From the NCBI GenBank assembly GCA_964016885.1, contig OZ024746.1, positions 67,580,001 through 67,644,000 of the forward strand: a stretch of 64,000 nucleotides of DNA, given 5' to 3'. A program made the translations under genes and the position numbers. The stretch's first letter is position 1. Every line of letters starts with the position of its first letter. Origin of the DNA: Eledone cirrhosa. Lineage: Eukaryota. This document shows positions 28,825-40,965 of this stretch, in pieces. The notes beneath the pieces were generated by a model, which saw nothing but the letters and a program-made list of their open reading frames with translations, was not told the DNA's origin and searched no databases.

Positions 28825-29250
28825 GAAGGCTAATTCCTTGAAGTTGTGTTGTCTTGTTCCAGTGCCATTTTCCGGATTTACGTGATCAGAATGACTTGTA
28901 TTTTAATTTCACTGTCCCAACTTCTTATATTATGGAAAAAATATGTGTCTGTATGTATATATATATATATATTTGGAGGCCATTTCTCTGTGTGTGGGTG
29001 TATGTATGTGTATATGTGTGTGTGTGTGTATGTGTGTGCATGTGGATGTATATATTGTGTGTGCGTGTGTGTGTGTGTGTGTATGTATGTGTGTATCTGG
29101 ATGTATGTGTATGTGTATATATATATATATATGCGTGTGTGTGTGTGTGTATATATATGTGTGTGTATGTGTATATATATGTGTGTGTGTGTGTATGTTT
29201 GTATGTGTGTATGTATATATATGTGTGTGTGTGTATATATGAGGGGGGTG

Positions 29251-29281
<31 letters not shown>

Positions 29282-29350
29282 ATATATATATGTGTGTGTG
29301 TGCGTGTGTGTATGTATGTGTGTATCTGGATGTATGTGTATGTATATATA

Positions 29351-29381
<31 letters not shown>

Positions 29382-29456
29382 GTGTGTGTGTATGTGTATA
29401 TATGTGTGTGTGTGTATGTGTGTATGTATATGTATGTGTGTGTGTATGTATGTGTG

Positions 29457-29495
<39 letters not shown>

Positions 29496-29856
29496 GTATA
29501 TGTATATGTATGTATGTGTGGATGAAGGTATGTGTGTATATATAGGTGTAAGTGCACTAAATCCCTTTCTATCACGCTCCACTCTCCTACCCACCACAGG
29601 AAGATATGTGTATGTATATTGCTTCCACCCCCTCACTGACCAGCAGCTGGCCAGTTGGCGATTGCTAAATCTGACCTTTATAAAATAACCCACACCCCAA
29701 ATAACTTCTCATTCACTACCAGAAAGGGACACAGCAGTCAACCTGTTGTTGCTACCTAGATGAAAACTGCTATGAAATCCCACAATGAATTTTATACTTG
29801 AATTTTCAAATCTCAAATTTTAACTCTTCGTATTATTAATTTTTCTTAATATTAAT

Positions 29857-29906
29857 CAACATTTGAAAAGATGGCTTTTGCAGACCCATCGAAACCGGTC
29901 ATTTTT
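29857..29906 (+). ncRNA. Variant (U3-A8) minimal hammerhead in 5' pLTR
   Basis: aacat-TTGAAAA-gatgg cttttgcagac ccatc-GAAA-ccg-GTC-atttt. Confidence 0.65.
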
Positions 29907-30074
29907 TATACCCTTTATTATTTCCTTACCTTATAAAATTATGTTTTTTCACAAAAAAGTATTCTGTCTCTTATATATTCCATGTGCCATTACCAACCTC
30001 AATTTTCTCTATAACCTTCGTTTTGTGTAGAAAATTACACTTTTCATATATACTAACCTACGCAAATCCGGAAA

Positions 30075-31341
30075 ATGGCACTGGAACAAGACAACACAAC
30101 TTCAAACTCCAATATAAATGAGGAAATCCTGAAAATCCTAAAAATGATAAATGGAAAACTCACCTTTCTGACTAAAAAACAGGATATACCCCAAACCACC
30201 ACACCGACTGACAACCAAATTTAGTTAAACGTTCAAAACGTATTCAACTCCATCGAAAAACTTATGAATACCAACACAGAACAAACGACATTGCTCCATA
30301 TCAAAAACCAAATGGGACACCTCTGGAAAAAAACATCTAAAAACCAGAAAATTCACTTTCTGGAATATGATAAAAAACCTCAACAAAGCTGGAATTTACC
30401 AAAAATGGATTAACACAACACCGATAGTTTTACCACGTAAATTCCAAATAAAGCATATTACAAACGAACCTGAACCAGAAAGAAAACTCCGTGAACAAAT
30501 GTCACTCAACAGGATAAACATGGAAATAGAACTCCTAAAATTAAGGGCCACCTCAAACGAGCAAGAGTATAAGGATACTGATAAAAATATGGAGGAAGAA
30601 TGCACTAAAAAGGCCGAGGGAACAACCCTACAAAATTGAATCAAATCGTGGAAACAGGACTGCGAGAATGCAGAAACTATTTCCCTTAAACGGTGTGAAA
30701 AATCCGAAAACTGGTTCCTCAAATATGAAGAAGACTTTAAAAGGACGCACCAAACAGGTAACCCCTTTATAAAGCATTTGAACATAACAAGAACTACAAC
30801 AGACACATTTACACCACCAAACCCAACACACACTAACCACAGGCACATCCCCCACCAACACAAACCAAATACGGCCAACTACACCAAAAGAAACACACCC
30901 AACCACCACAACACAGGTTTCCGTAGAAATGCCCCCTACATAAACCAACGACGAAATAACATAGATCCAACTCACAACACACACACCACATTCCTCAGAA
31001 GAAATCCACCCAGACCACTTGAAATCACAACAGAACTTACCCACAACCACACCAGACATCACCCTCAATCCAACAAAAGACAACCCCCCAACCTCAACAC
31101 TCTGTACCACAGAAATAACGCACCCAGACCACATGAACCAACAACAGAACCCTTGCTCATCAACAACCACAACACATACCACCCCCACCATCACATTCAC
31201 CCTCATGAAACAACAAGCTACAGACCCACACGCAACAGACCAACAAAATATAATCACACACAAAACTACATTCCTTTTTTAGGGAAAAGCCTGAGATACC
31301 AGGATACTCGATGGCCCCCCCTCAGGAGAAACCAAAAATAA
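30075..31341 (+). pseudogene. Disrupted upstream ORF of the PLE (helical/coiled-coil-like region, then basic His/Arg/Asn/Thr-rich region)
   Basis: ATG at 30075, stops at about 30222 and 30637, one frameshift at about 30340-30360; segments 30367-30639 and 30778-31341 share a frame. Confidence 0.6.
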
Positions 31342-33587
31342 TCAACCTCTCAAAGACACCTCTAACCAACACACAAATCAACATTTTAAGTAAGGGCCTG
31401 AAATTTACACCTACACCACGTAAACCAAACTTCCCCGAAATGAAGGATGACATCATGGAATACTGCCGAAAGCTGCGACTAACGGAATTCTTCCACAACG
31501 ACACCAACACTGAAGACGAATCACTGGTTAGAAATAAAAGCAATTTCTGCCCACAAAAGGGAAGAAATAAAGCACTGGACACGTACTGCGAACACATCAC
31601 CAACTTTCCCTATGAAAAAATTACAAATAAACACACGAAATCAAACCTATCTACACACGAATGGGAAGAATTATTCACACTTAGAAACAACCCTGAGTTA
31701 ACTATCAAAGAAGCCGATAAAGGCAGTACTGTTGTCATTATGAATACGGACTACTATAGGACCCTCGCACTTAACATTTTAGAAAACAACACATACTATG
31801 AAAAAACAGAAAACTACAAACACACCAAAACAATGGGGAACCTTTTGACCTTACTGAATAAATACCGCAACAGCTTAACCACAAAAGAGTTTAACTATAT
31901 AAGCCACTTCAAATGCAATACAAGCTCTTTTTACGGCTTACCGAAACTCCACAAATGTAAACCCATAAACGATGCATGTGACACCTCAACCAACAATTAC
32001 ATTGAACTAACACCACCAGAAGACCTAAAACTCAGGCCAATTATAGCAGGCCCTACATGTGAAACCCACAGACTTAGCAACTTTCTGGACATCCTACTGA
32101 AACCCTTTCTACAACATATACAGAGCTACATACGAGATGACCTTGACATGCTGAAACACCTCCCTAAAACAGTAAGTGCAAATACAATTCTTGTCTCCTT
32201 TGACGTAATAAACCTCTACACAAACATACCTCACAACTATGGAATAACAGCAGTCCAATACTGGCTTAACACACACCCATCAGAAATACCGACACGCATC
32301 AACACAGATTTTATCACTGACGGACTCCGCTTTATCCTACAAAATAACTACTTCACATTCAATGGTTCAACATACAGACAAGTATCAGGTACGGCAATGG
32401 GCACGAAAGTAGCACCCACATATGCCAACCTAGTCATGGGATTCCATGAACAACAAATATACAGTCAGTCCCTTCTCTTATTTGGAGACTCTTTCCACAC
32501 ACACCTCAAAGCCAATTGGAAAAGATATCTAGACGACTGCTTTATCCTATGGCAAGAAGACATGAACTCACTTACTACGTTTAAAAACATGATAAACAAC
32601 ATAGATAATAACATACAATTCACAATGGAATCCAATCCTAAGGAATTAGCCTTCTTGGATATTCTCATCTCTGTAATAGACGGGAAATTAGATACAGATA
32701 TATTCTATAAACCCACAGATTCCAAGCAATACCTCTTTTTCACATCAAGTCACCCAAAACATACAAAACTTAACATTCCTTACAATTTGGCCAAACGTAT
32801 ATGTACCATAGTATCAGATCCACCTAAACGGGAGCAAAGACTAAAGGAACTAAAAGACACCTTTATCTTAAGAGCCTTTCCACTTGAAATAATCAACAAT
32901 GGAATAGACAGGGCAAAACACCTAAATCCCCATCAACTTAACAATCCAAAACAGAAAACCACACTCAACACCCTGCCATATGTATCCACTTTCAACCCCA
33001 GAAATACCGAAATGTTTGATCACCTACACAAAAACCTCCCCATCCTACTTAAAGATGTAAAAATGAAGTCTATTCTTGAAACACACAAGATCCTTAAAAG
33101 TAAAAGACAACCCAAATCACTTAAACGCATTCTCACTGGACCAAATATACCCAAACCAATCCTCAACCCTACAGTTACCAAATGAGGTAGAACAAACTGT
33201 GGAACGTGCCTCTACCTCACTGAAGGACAAACATTTACATTCAAAGATGGCCAAACATTTACAGTAAAAAACAATTTCACCTGCAACTCGGAGAACTTGA
33301 TTTACGCAATAACTTGCGGTGGGTGCAAACACAACTACATAGGACAGACGGGCACCTCATTACGCAAAAGAATGACCATCCACCGCCAACAAATCCGGGA
33401 CGCTAACACAAGAAAAATCCCCTTGAGCAGCCATATTGCGAACTGCGCAGGAATGACACTACCCAACTTTAAAATCTTCCCCTTCTACAAGTGCTCAGAT
33501 TCGTTCACACAGCAACAAAGAATAAACAAAGAAAATCTATTCCTTAACAAATTTAAACCAAAACTAAACGGGTTATCACCCCAATAG
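31311..33587 (+). CDS. PLE reverse transcriptase + GIY-YIG endonuclease, single premature TGA at 33183
   Basis: LSKGLKF, ADKG, FYGLPKLHK, RPII, FDVINLYTNI, GTAMG, RYLDD, FLD, YKPT; LIY..YIG after the stop in the same frame. Confidence 0.93.
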
Positions 33588-34124
33588 AATTGTCATAAAA
33601 TATAAACACACATACGCACGGAATCACTACTATTAAAGACCAGAGACCAATTCTGTAGAATCAGGTTTATTCGTTGACAGACCATGCCTTTGTGTGACCA
33701 ACACATCCATGTTAAACCCTGCACGTGCACACACATATATCTATATATATATGCGCACACAGAATTCACCACTGTCGGTTGCGGGGCCCAATCTACATGA
33801 AGAACTCAATGTGATCAGAATGACTTGCATTTTAATTTCACTGTCCCAATTTCTTATATTATGGAAAAAATATGTGTCTGTATGTGTATATATATATATA
33901 TTTGGAGGCCATTTCTCTGTGTGTGGGTGTATGTATGTCTATATGTGTGTGTGTGTGTATGTGTGTGCATGTGGATGTATGTATTGTGTGTGCGTGTGTG
34001 TGTGTGTGTGTATGTTTGTATGTGTGTATGTATATATATGTGTGTGTGTGTGTCTGTATGTATGTGTGGGTGTGTGTGTGTGTGTGTATGTGTGTATGTA
34101 TATGTATGTGTGTATGTATGTGTG

Positions 34125-34179
<55 letters not shown>

Positions 34180-34534
34180 GTATATGTATGTATGTGTGGA
34201 TAAAGGTATGTGTGTATATATAGGTGTAAGTGCACTAAATCCCTTTCTATCACGCTCCACTCTCCTACCCACCACAGGAAGATATGTGTATGTATATTGC
34301 TTCCACCCCCTCACTGACCAGCAGCTGGCCAGTTGGCGATTGCTAAATCTGACCTTTATAAAATAACCCACACCCCAAATAACTTCTCATTCACTACCAG
34401 AAAGGGACACAGCAGTCAACCTGTTGTTGCTACCTAGATGAAAACTGCTATGAAATCCCACAATGAATTTTATACTTGAATTTTCAAATCTCAAATTTTA
34501 ACTCTTCGTGTTATTAATTTTTCTTAATATTAAT

Positions 34535-34584
34535 CAACATTTGAAAAGATGGCTTTTGCAGACCCATCGAAACCGGTCATTTTT
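34535..34584 (+). ncRNA. Variant (U3-A8) minimal hammerhead in 3' pLTR
   Basis: Identical to 29857-29906. Confidence 0.65.
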
Positions 34585-34681
34585 TATACCCTTTATTATT
34601 TCCTTACCTTATAAAATTATGTTTTTTCACAAAAAATATTCTGTCTCTTATATATTCCATGTGCCGTTACCAACCTCAATT

Positions 34682-34768
<87 letters not shown>

Positions 34769-34835
34769 ACAATATATATGTATGAACTTTTTTTGTTTAA
34801 TATAAGGAACTGTTTCATTGTTTTATTCATTATTT

Positions 34836-34892
<57 letters not shown>

Positions 34893-34897
<5 letters not shown>

Positions 34898-35037
34898 GAC
34901 GTAAAGTAAGAAAATTTTAAAAATTAAAAATTAACACGTACACATATATATATATATAAATATATATATATGTGTTCATATATATATATACATATATATA
35001 TATATACACATACATATATACATACATACACACATAT

Positions 35038-35080
<43 letters not shown>

Positions 35081-35085
35081 CACAC

Positions 35086-35117
<32 letters not shown>

Positions 35118-35176
35118 GAAAGACGTAAAATAAGAAAATTTTAAAAATTAAAAATTAATACGTACACATGCATATA

Positions 35177-35213
<37 letters not shown>

Positions 35214-35255
35214 ACGTGTTAATTTTTAATTTTTAAAATTTTCTTATTTTACGTC

Positions 35256-35303
<48 letters not shown>

Positions 35304-35308
35304 GTGTG

Positions 35309-35394
<86 letters not shown>

Positions 35395-35638
35395 CATATA
35401 TACGTATATGTGCGTGTGAGTGTGTGTTTATGAGTGTGTCTGTTGAGACCTGGAATATAGCTTAAGAGAAATTTGAAGATAATGATATGATAGGCACCCA
35501 ATATTTTGAACTGGTCTATAGAATTCTTTTGGCCTTTGTCACTCTAAGTAGAACTTTAAAGAATTACCTTTTAATGAATTCCCTTTTCTATATATATATG
35601 TATATATATGTGTGTATATATATGTATGTATATATATA

Positions 35639-35684
<46 letters not shown>

Positions 35685-35685
35685 C

Positions 35686-35763
<78 letters not shown>

Positions 35764-35810
35764 GACGTAAAATAAGAAAATTTTATAAATTAAAAATTAA
35801 AACGTACACA
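34893..35810. repeat. Rearranged copies of the 25340-26365 foldback unit in (TA)n
   Basis: gaaagacgtaaaataagaaaatttt occurs three times plus one inverted copy; 35400-35590 matches 26160-26350. Confidence 0.8.
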
Positions 35811-35859
35811 TATATATATATATATATAAATATATATATATGTGTTCATATATATATAC

Positions 35860-35962
<103 letters not shown>

Positions 35963-35969
35963 TATACAT

Positions 35970-36050
<81 letters not shown>

Positions 36051-36125
36051 GCATAGTTGTAACTAAGTGCTTCTGTAGGCGCTATGCCAAAATTAGCACT
36101 CGATATTCATCAGAGTAGAGTGTAA

Positions 36126-36293
36126 ATATTATCAAGAAAACGAAAAATCAGTGATGCATCTGGACATAATCCGCAGAAGTAGAATCAGCCAGATCCATAC
36201 AAGGACCATGACTAGAGCTACATGCCGGCGAATCATTTGTAACATGAAATAAACTAAGTCCAGATGCATCATTAATTTTTCGTTTTCTTGATA

Positions 36294-36297
<4 letters not shown>
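36126..36297. mobile_element. About 170-bp foldback/MITE-like element
   Basis: About 40-bp imperfect inverted ends atattatcaagaaaacgaaaaat.a.tgatgcatctggac / gtccagatgcatca.t.atttttcgttttcttgataatat. Confidence 0.7.
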
Positions 36298-36341
<44 letters not shown>

Positions 36342-36383
36342 CTGACAGTTGAAAATTGCAAACTTGACTGTCACCACACATTG

Positions 36384-36421
36384 TGAACCTGAAGATTGCG
36401 AAGCATGAAAGTACTTGTTCA
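36384..36421 (+). ncRNA. Minimal type I hammerhead ribozyme
   Basis: tgaac-CTGAAGA-t tgc gaa gca t-GAAA-gta-CTT-gttca; palindromic stem III agtact. Confidence 0.7.
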
Positions 36422-36571
36422 ATTAACACTTAAGATTTAATATTCCACCATACTATTTCATTCTAATACCATTATAAATTTTAAAGGATTGTAAATAAAA
36501 CGAGTAAATCAGACAAAGTTGGAATTCCTTTTATTAATATAATCATCTATACACTCATAAACACCCGTGTA

Positions 36572-36669
<98 letters not shown>

Positions 36670-37254
36670 TATATATACACACACATACACACATATATGG
36701 TGGCTGCCAACTCGTTTTCGAGTACGGCCGCTACTTTATATCCATGCAGGAGAACCTCTACCGATGCGCTGAACGAATGTGACTTTTTAATCCAGCCAGC
36801 GACTTGAAAACTCTGGTACAAACACTACACTTGTGACAATTATTGTCACATAGTGCTGGGCCCATGGTACCATGTGACGACAAGTGCAGAGAGGTCTCCA
36901 GATATAAAGCAATACCTCTGCCGTGAAGATTTTATAGTGAGCAAAGGCACTGCACAAAGCCAGTCCCAGGACTAAAAACACACATATATACATATATATA
37001 TATATACATACATATATATAAATATATATATATATATACATATATATACACACACACAAACACATATATATATATATATATTTATACATACACATACATA
37101 TATACATATATATATATATACACATATACATATATATATATATATATATATACATATACACATATATATACATAAAACATACATATACATATATATATAT
37201 ACACATACATACACACACAAATACACATATACACACATATATACACACATACAC

Positions 37255-37305
<51 letters not shown>

Positions 37306-37432
37306 CACATACAAACATATATATACACACACACACATATATATATACACATATATGTATACACGTATATATATATATACAAATACACACACATATATAT
37401 ATACACAAATACACACATATATATACATATAT

Positions 37433-37475
<43 letters not shown>

Positions 37476-37742
37476 TACATATATATATACATATATATAT
37501 ACATATACATATATATATATATATACACACGCATATATACATGTATATATACACACACACATACACAAGACCATATATACATACAAATAATATAAATATA
37601 CACACAGAGAGGACAAGTAATCGCACCTACACACAGCAATATGCATACAAACGAACGACAACTCATACAAATACATAAAAATAAGTATATACAAATACAT
37701 ACTCATAAATATACGTATATACACAGGCACATAAAAACAGCT

Positions 37743-39540
37743 CTACAAGCAGAAAATCCAGATAGGTAAGAGGTACTCACATAACCATAGTCGCCGTATT
37801 TCAGGTTGAGGAGGGGTGGGGTGTGCTGGGAAGGGCGTTAACACTGGCCTAAGGTATTTGAAAGTTGCAAAGTTCTTGTGCATGCAGTTCGGGCAATGTT
37901 CAGAGAGTTTGTTCAGTAGCGGCCCTTGGCGAATAAAATTTCGTAGCTCTCTGAGATACAAAGGTCGCACTCTTGTGTCCTCCGTTGTAAGAGCGCGCTT
38001 TCTGGAGTATTTTCCATTTAAGCGTGAAGGGGTGGAGTTCCTTTTGAGGTCCCAAACATAGGAGGCGAGTGTTGTCTGGTTTGATTTGTCCGGTCTTCTG
38101 AAGGAGTGGGTATGGGCATACCAACGGGTCTTAAAGTTATTGGAAGTCATGCCGATGTAAGTCTTTTTGTTGTTGCAATCATCGGTGCCTGAGATGACAT
38201 CGCATTGGTATACGATATCATTTGTCAAGCATTTGTTTTCAAGTGGGCAGGCTTCCTTATTTAGGCAATTACACAAGGCCCCAGTCCGGGGATTAGGTTC
38301 GGAGGTGGTTGGCTTAGTTAATTTTTTAGAATTGTGATTGGCTATATTCCTAGCTAGGTTAGGTGTGGTGGAGTAGGAGAGTCTTATTGTGTTTTTATTA
38401 AAGATGGTGTAGTATCTATGTTTATGGGGAAGTGTGTTTTCGGCAAAGTGAAGAAAATCTTAGATATAGGTGTAGAGACTCTCTGTTGAAGGGAGGGTTG
38501 TACCAGCTAATCTGCCTATGCATATTCCTCCTCTGCAGACTTGCGGTGCTTTCTAGGTAGGTTATCTTTTCTTTAAATCCGCTGCGGGCGAGGGCGTCAT
38601 TGTAGTAGGAGGCACAGGCGTTTTAAATATCTTCATTGGCAGAGAGGCCAGAGATTCTAATAGAGACGCTTTTTACTAATTTATCAGTGATGTTTTTGGG
38701 GTGGTTAGAATTAACATTAATATATCTAAGGGACTCGTTAGGTTTGTGGTACGGGTAATAGAGCGAAGTATCTAGGTCGAGAGTGACATCTAAGAAGTTA
38801 GCCCTAGTCATATTAGATTCTATAGTTATACTAAATCCTAGATTAGAGAAGAACGAGCTTAAGTTTCTCCGAAACCCATCGGTGGTTCTGGGGTTAACCT
38901 TGTGCAGGGCAAAGAGGCCGTCATCTCGGTATAAACCTCCGGTTAGGCCAGTAAAGAGGTTCTTCAGGTGATGTAAAATGTACAAGCCAACAAGGTCGCT
39001 AATTTCAGCCGAGTCACTCCCTCCTATGCGTCAAATGGGGTCTGAGACTTCTTGTTGATCCAGTAAGATCCATCGTGGTATAGAAAGGTCTTACGGCCGT
39101 GGAGGATAACAACTTGCTCAGCATCAGTAATAGTGGTAAAATTCCTGGCAAAGGTAATTGCGTCCTTCAGGAGGGGCTCTGAGATATAAGCATAGTAGTT
39201 TTCTATGTCGAGTTGCAGGAAGCGAGTGTGGCGTTTGTCGGGTAAATCTTGGAACCAGGATATTGCCTCAGATGTTCTGCTCCAGAGTGGGAGTGGTGAG
39301 GCAACCCGCAATGATGGTAGAACTCTATCTAGGATCTTCTTACTGATAGAGCCGATGTCTGAAGGAGTGGGGTTGATAAGTCTGACTGATGGTTTGTTGA
39401 GGAAGTTTCCCGTATGATCCTTCAGGGTAAAGTGTGGGGTCTTTACCCTTAAAGGTCCGGTTCGGTCATGTAATTTAAGGGACTTGGCGATTTCTTTTCC
39501 GGCCGCGTTTGTCTCAGTCAATGCCATCTCTATTACCTTT
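37743..39540 (-). pseudogene. Naiad-like PLE RT + GIY-YIG, 5'-truncated and frameshifted
   Basis: TLKDH..VRLINP, LDIENYY, GLYRDDGL, NFLDVTLDL, YHKPN, CNCLNKEACP (CxCX5C), IVY..YIGMT..KTRWYAH. Confidence 0.88.
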
Positions 39541-39578
39541 AAAAGACCTATATATACCACTTTTATTTTTGGATACCC

Positions 39579-39629
39579 AAATTCCTGATGATTTCTAAAG
39601 AATGAAACAGTTCTAGTCCTGTAGAATCT
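39579..39629 (+). ncRNA. Type I hammerhead ribozyme, same family as 25017
   Basis: attc-CTGATGA-tttctaaagaat-GAAAcag ttctagtc ctGTA-gaat. Confidence 0.8.
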
Positions 39630-40279
39630 CATCTATATATATATATATATAAATTTAATACAATAACAGAGATAGTTTAAAGCTAAACTCTGACTGGTAA
39701 CCATCTCACTCAACAAACATTAGGTTATATTAAAATATAAACCCAATTTAAGTGTTTGGGGTGCTAACAATATGTATAATGTGGAAAAACCAGTTGTATT
39801 ATTTTATGAGATATAATTAAAGTTAAAGTATATCTCTCTTTCCAAACAATTGTTTCATTATAAGTTTTCTACAAGTTTGGGAGAATGTTTCCAGTTTATG
39901 TAGAAGCCTAATATATATTCATGTAAGAATATATTTAGGTGGGCACTTATAAATTGTCAGTGGAAGCCCATTAAACATTGATATAAGAAAACAATTTCTT
40001 ACCGCTGTCAAAAATCATGTCCGTAAAGTTGGTCTCCCTCACCTCGAATGACCGCTAAATTTGAAATTCCAGCAGTTTTTGACTGAGGAAGTATCATAGC
40101 GACACGAAGCGGGAAGGGGAGACAACCCACGAAATGAGGAAAAAAATAATAATATACACGCGGGTTAATTAGTTTTTTTGAAAACATTATCAATCCAACG
40201 TGTTTAAGAACTCAATTGAAAATAAAAAAATAAATATATGCTTGTATAAATTACACACGCGTATAGATATTTTCTTAGG

Positions 40280-40371
<92 letters not shown>

Positions 40372-40450
40372 TCATAATACTCTGTTCCGTAGGAGTATAG
40401 AGTGCTCAACCGGCATACCGCCCCTGGAAGCATCTTAGCTACCTTTAGAC

Positions 40451-40489
<39 letters not shown>

Positions 40490-40622
40490 CAAAGGGATAT
40501 TTAATTTGTTGGTAATTCAACAAATATATATATTTATAACAGATTCGAAGCACTCGGCAAGTTTTCTGGAGTATAATATCAATGATATTAATAAATGGAA
40601 ACTATATTTATAAAACCATATT

Positions 40623-40683
40623 TATTCTATTATATATATTTCAAGGGTACCAAAACTTTGGTACGCTCTCATCAGATAAAATA
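40623..40683 (-). ncRNA. Type I hammerhead ribozyme
   Basis: Reverse complement: tattttat-CTGATGA-gagcgtacca..tggtaccctt-GAAA-tatat-ATA-atagaata. Confidence 0.75.
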
Positions 40684-40781
40684 CAGTGCTTGTTTTATAA
40701 ATATTGACATATCAAGTTTTACCAGATAAAACTTGAACCGTTAAGGATACATAAATGTCAATATTTATAAAACAAGCTCTG

Positions 40782-40841
40782 TATTTTATCTGATGAGAGC
40801 GTGCCAAATTTTGGTACCCTTGAAATATATGTAATAGAATA
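40782..40841 (+). ncRNA. Type I hammerhead ribozyme
   Basis: tattttat-CTGATGA-gagcgtgcca..tggtaccctt-GAAA-tatat-GTA-atagaata. Confidence 0.78.
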
Positions 40842-40882
40842 GATATGGTTTTATAAATATAATTTCCATTTATTAATATCAT

Positions 40883-40964
<82 letters not shown>

Positions 40965-40965
<1 letters not shown>

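Larger units (their letters stand above)
26510..28883 (-). mobile_element. Inverted, internally deleted copy of the Neptune-like PLE
   Basis: Near-identical reverse complement of 32640-34686 and of the pLTR, joined to the reverse complement of 30060-30105. Confidence 0.92.
28882..34686 (+). mobile_element. Near-complete Penelope-like element (Neptune-like) with direct pLTRs
   Basis: 5' pLTR 28882-30047 is repeated at 33811-34686; upstream ORF plus RT/GIY-YIG ORF; DKG motif and CX4CX2C linker. Confidence 0.92.
40490..40888. mobile_element. Foldback element with two divergent hammerheads
   Basis: Arms 40576-40710 / 40755-40888; homologous to 6602-6883. Confidence 0.8.

Noticed and set aside
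28836-28850. Deletion junction in the inverted PLE copy as a spliced intron
   Set aside because: There is no GT donor at about 30105; the junction is explained by a 2-nt microhomology.
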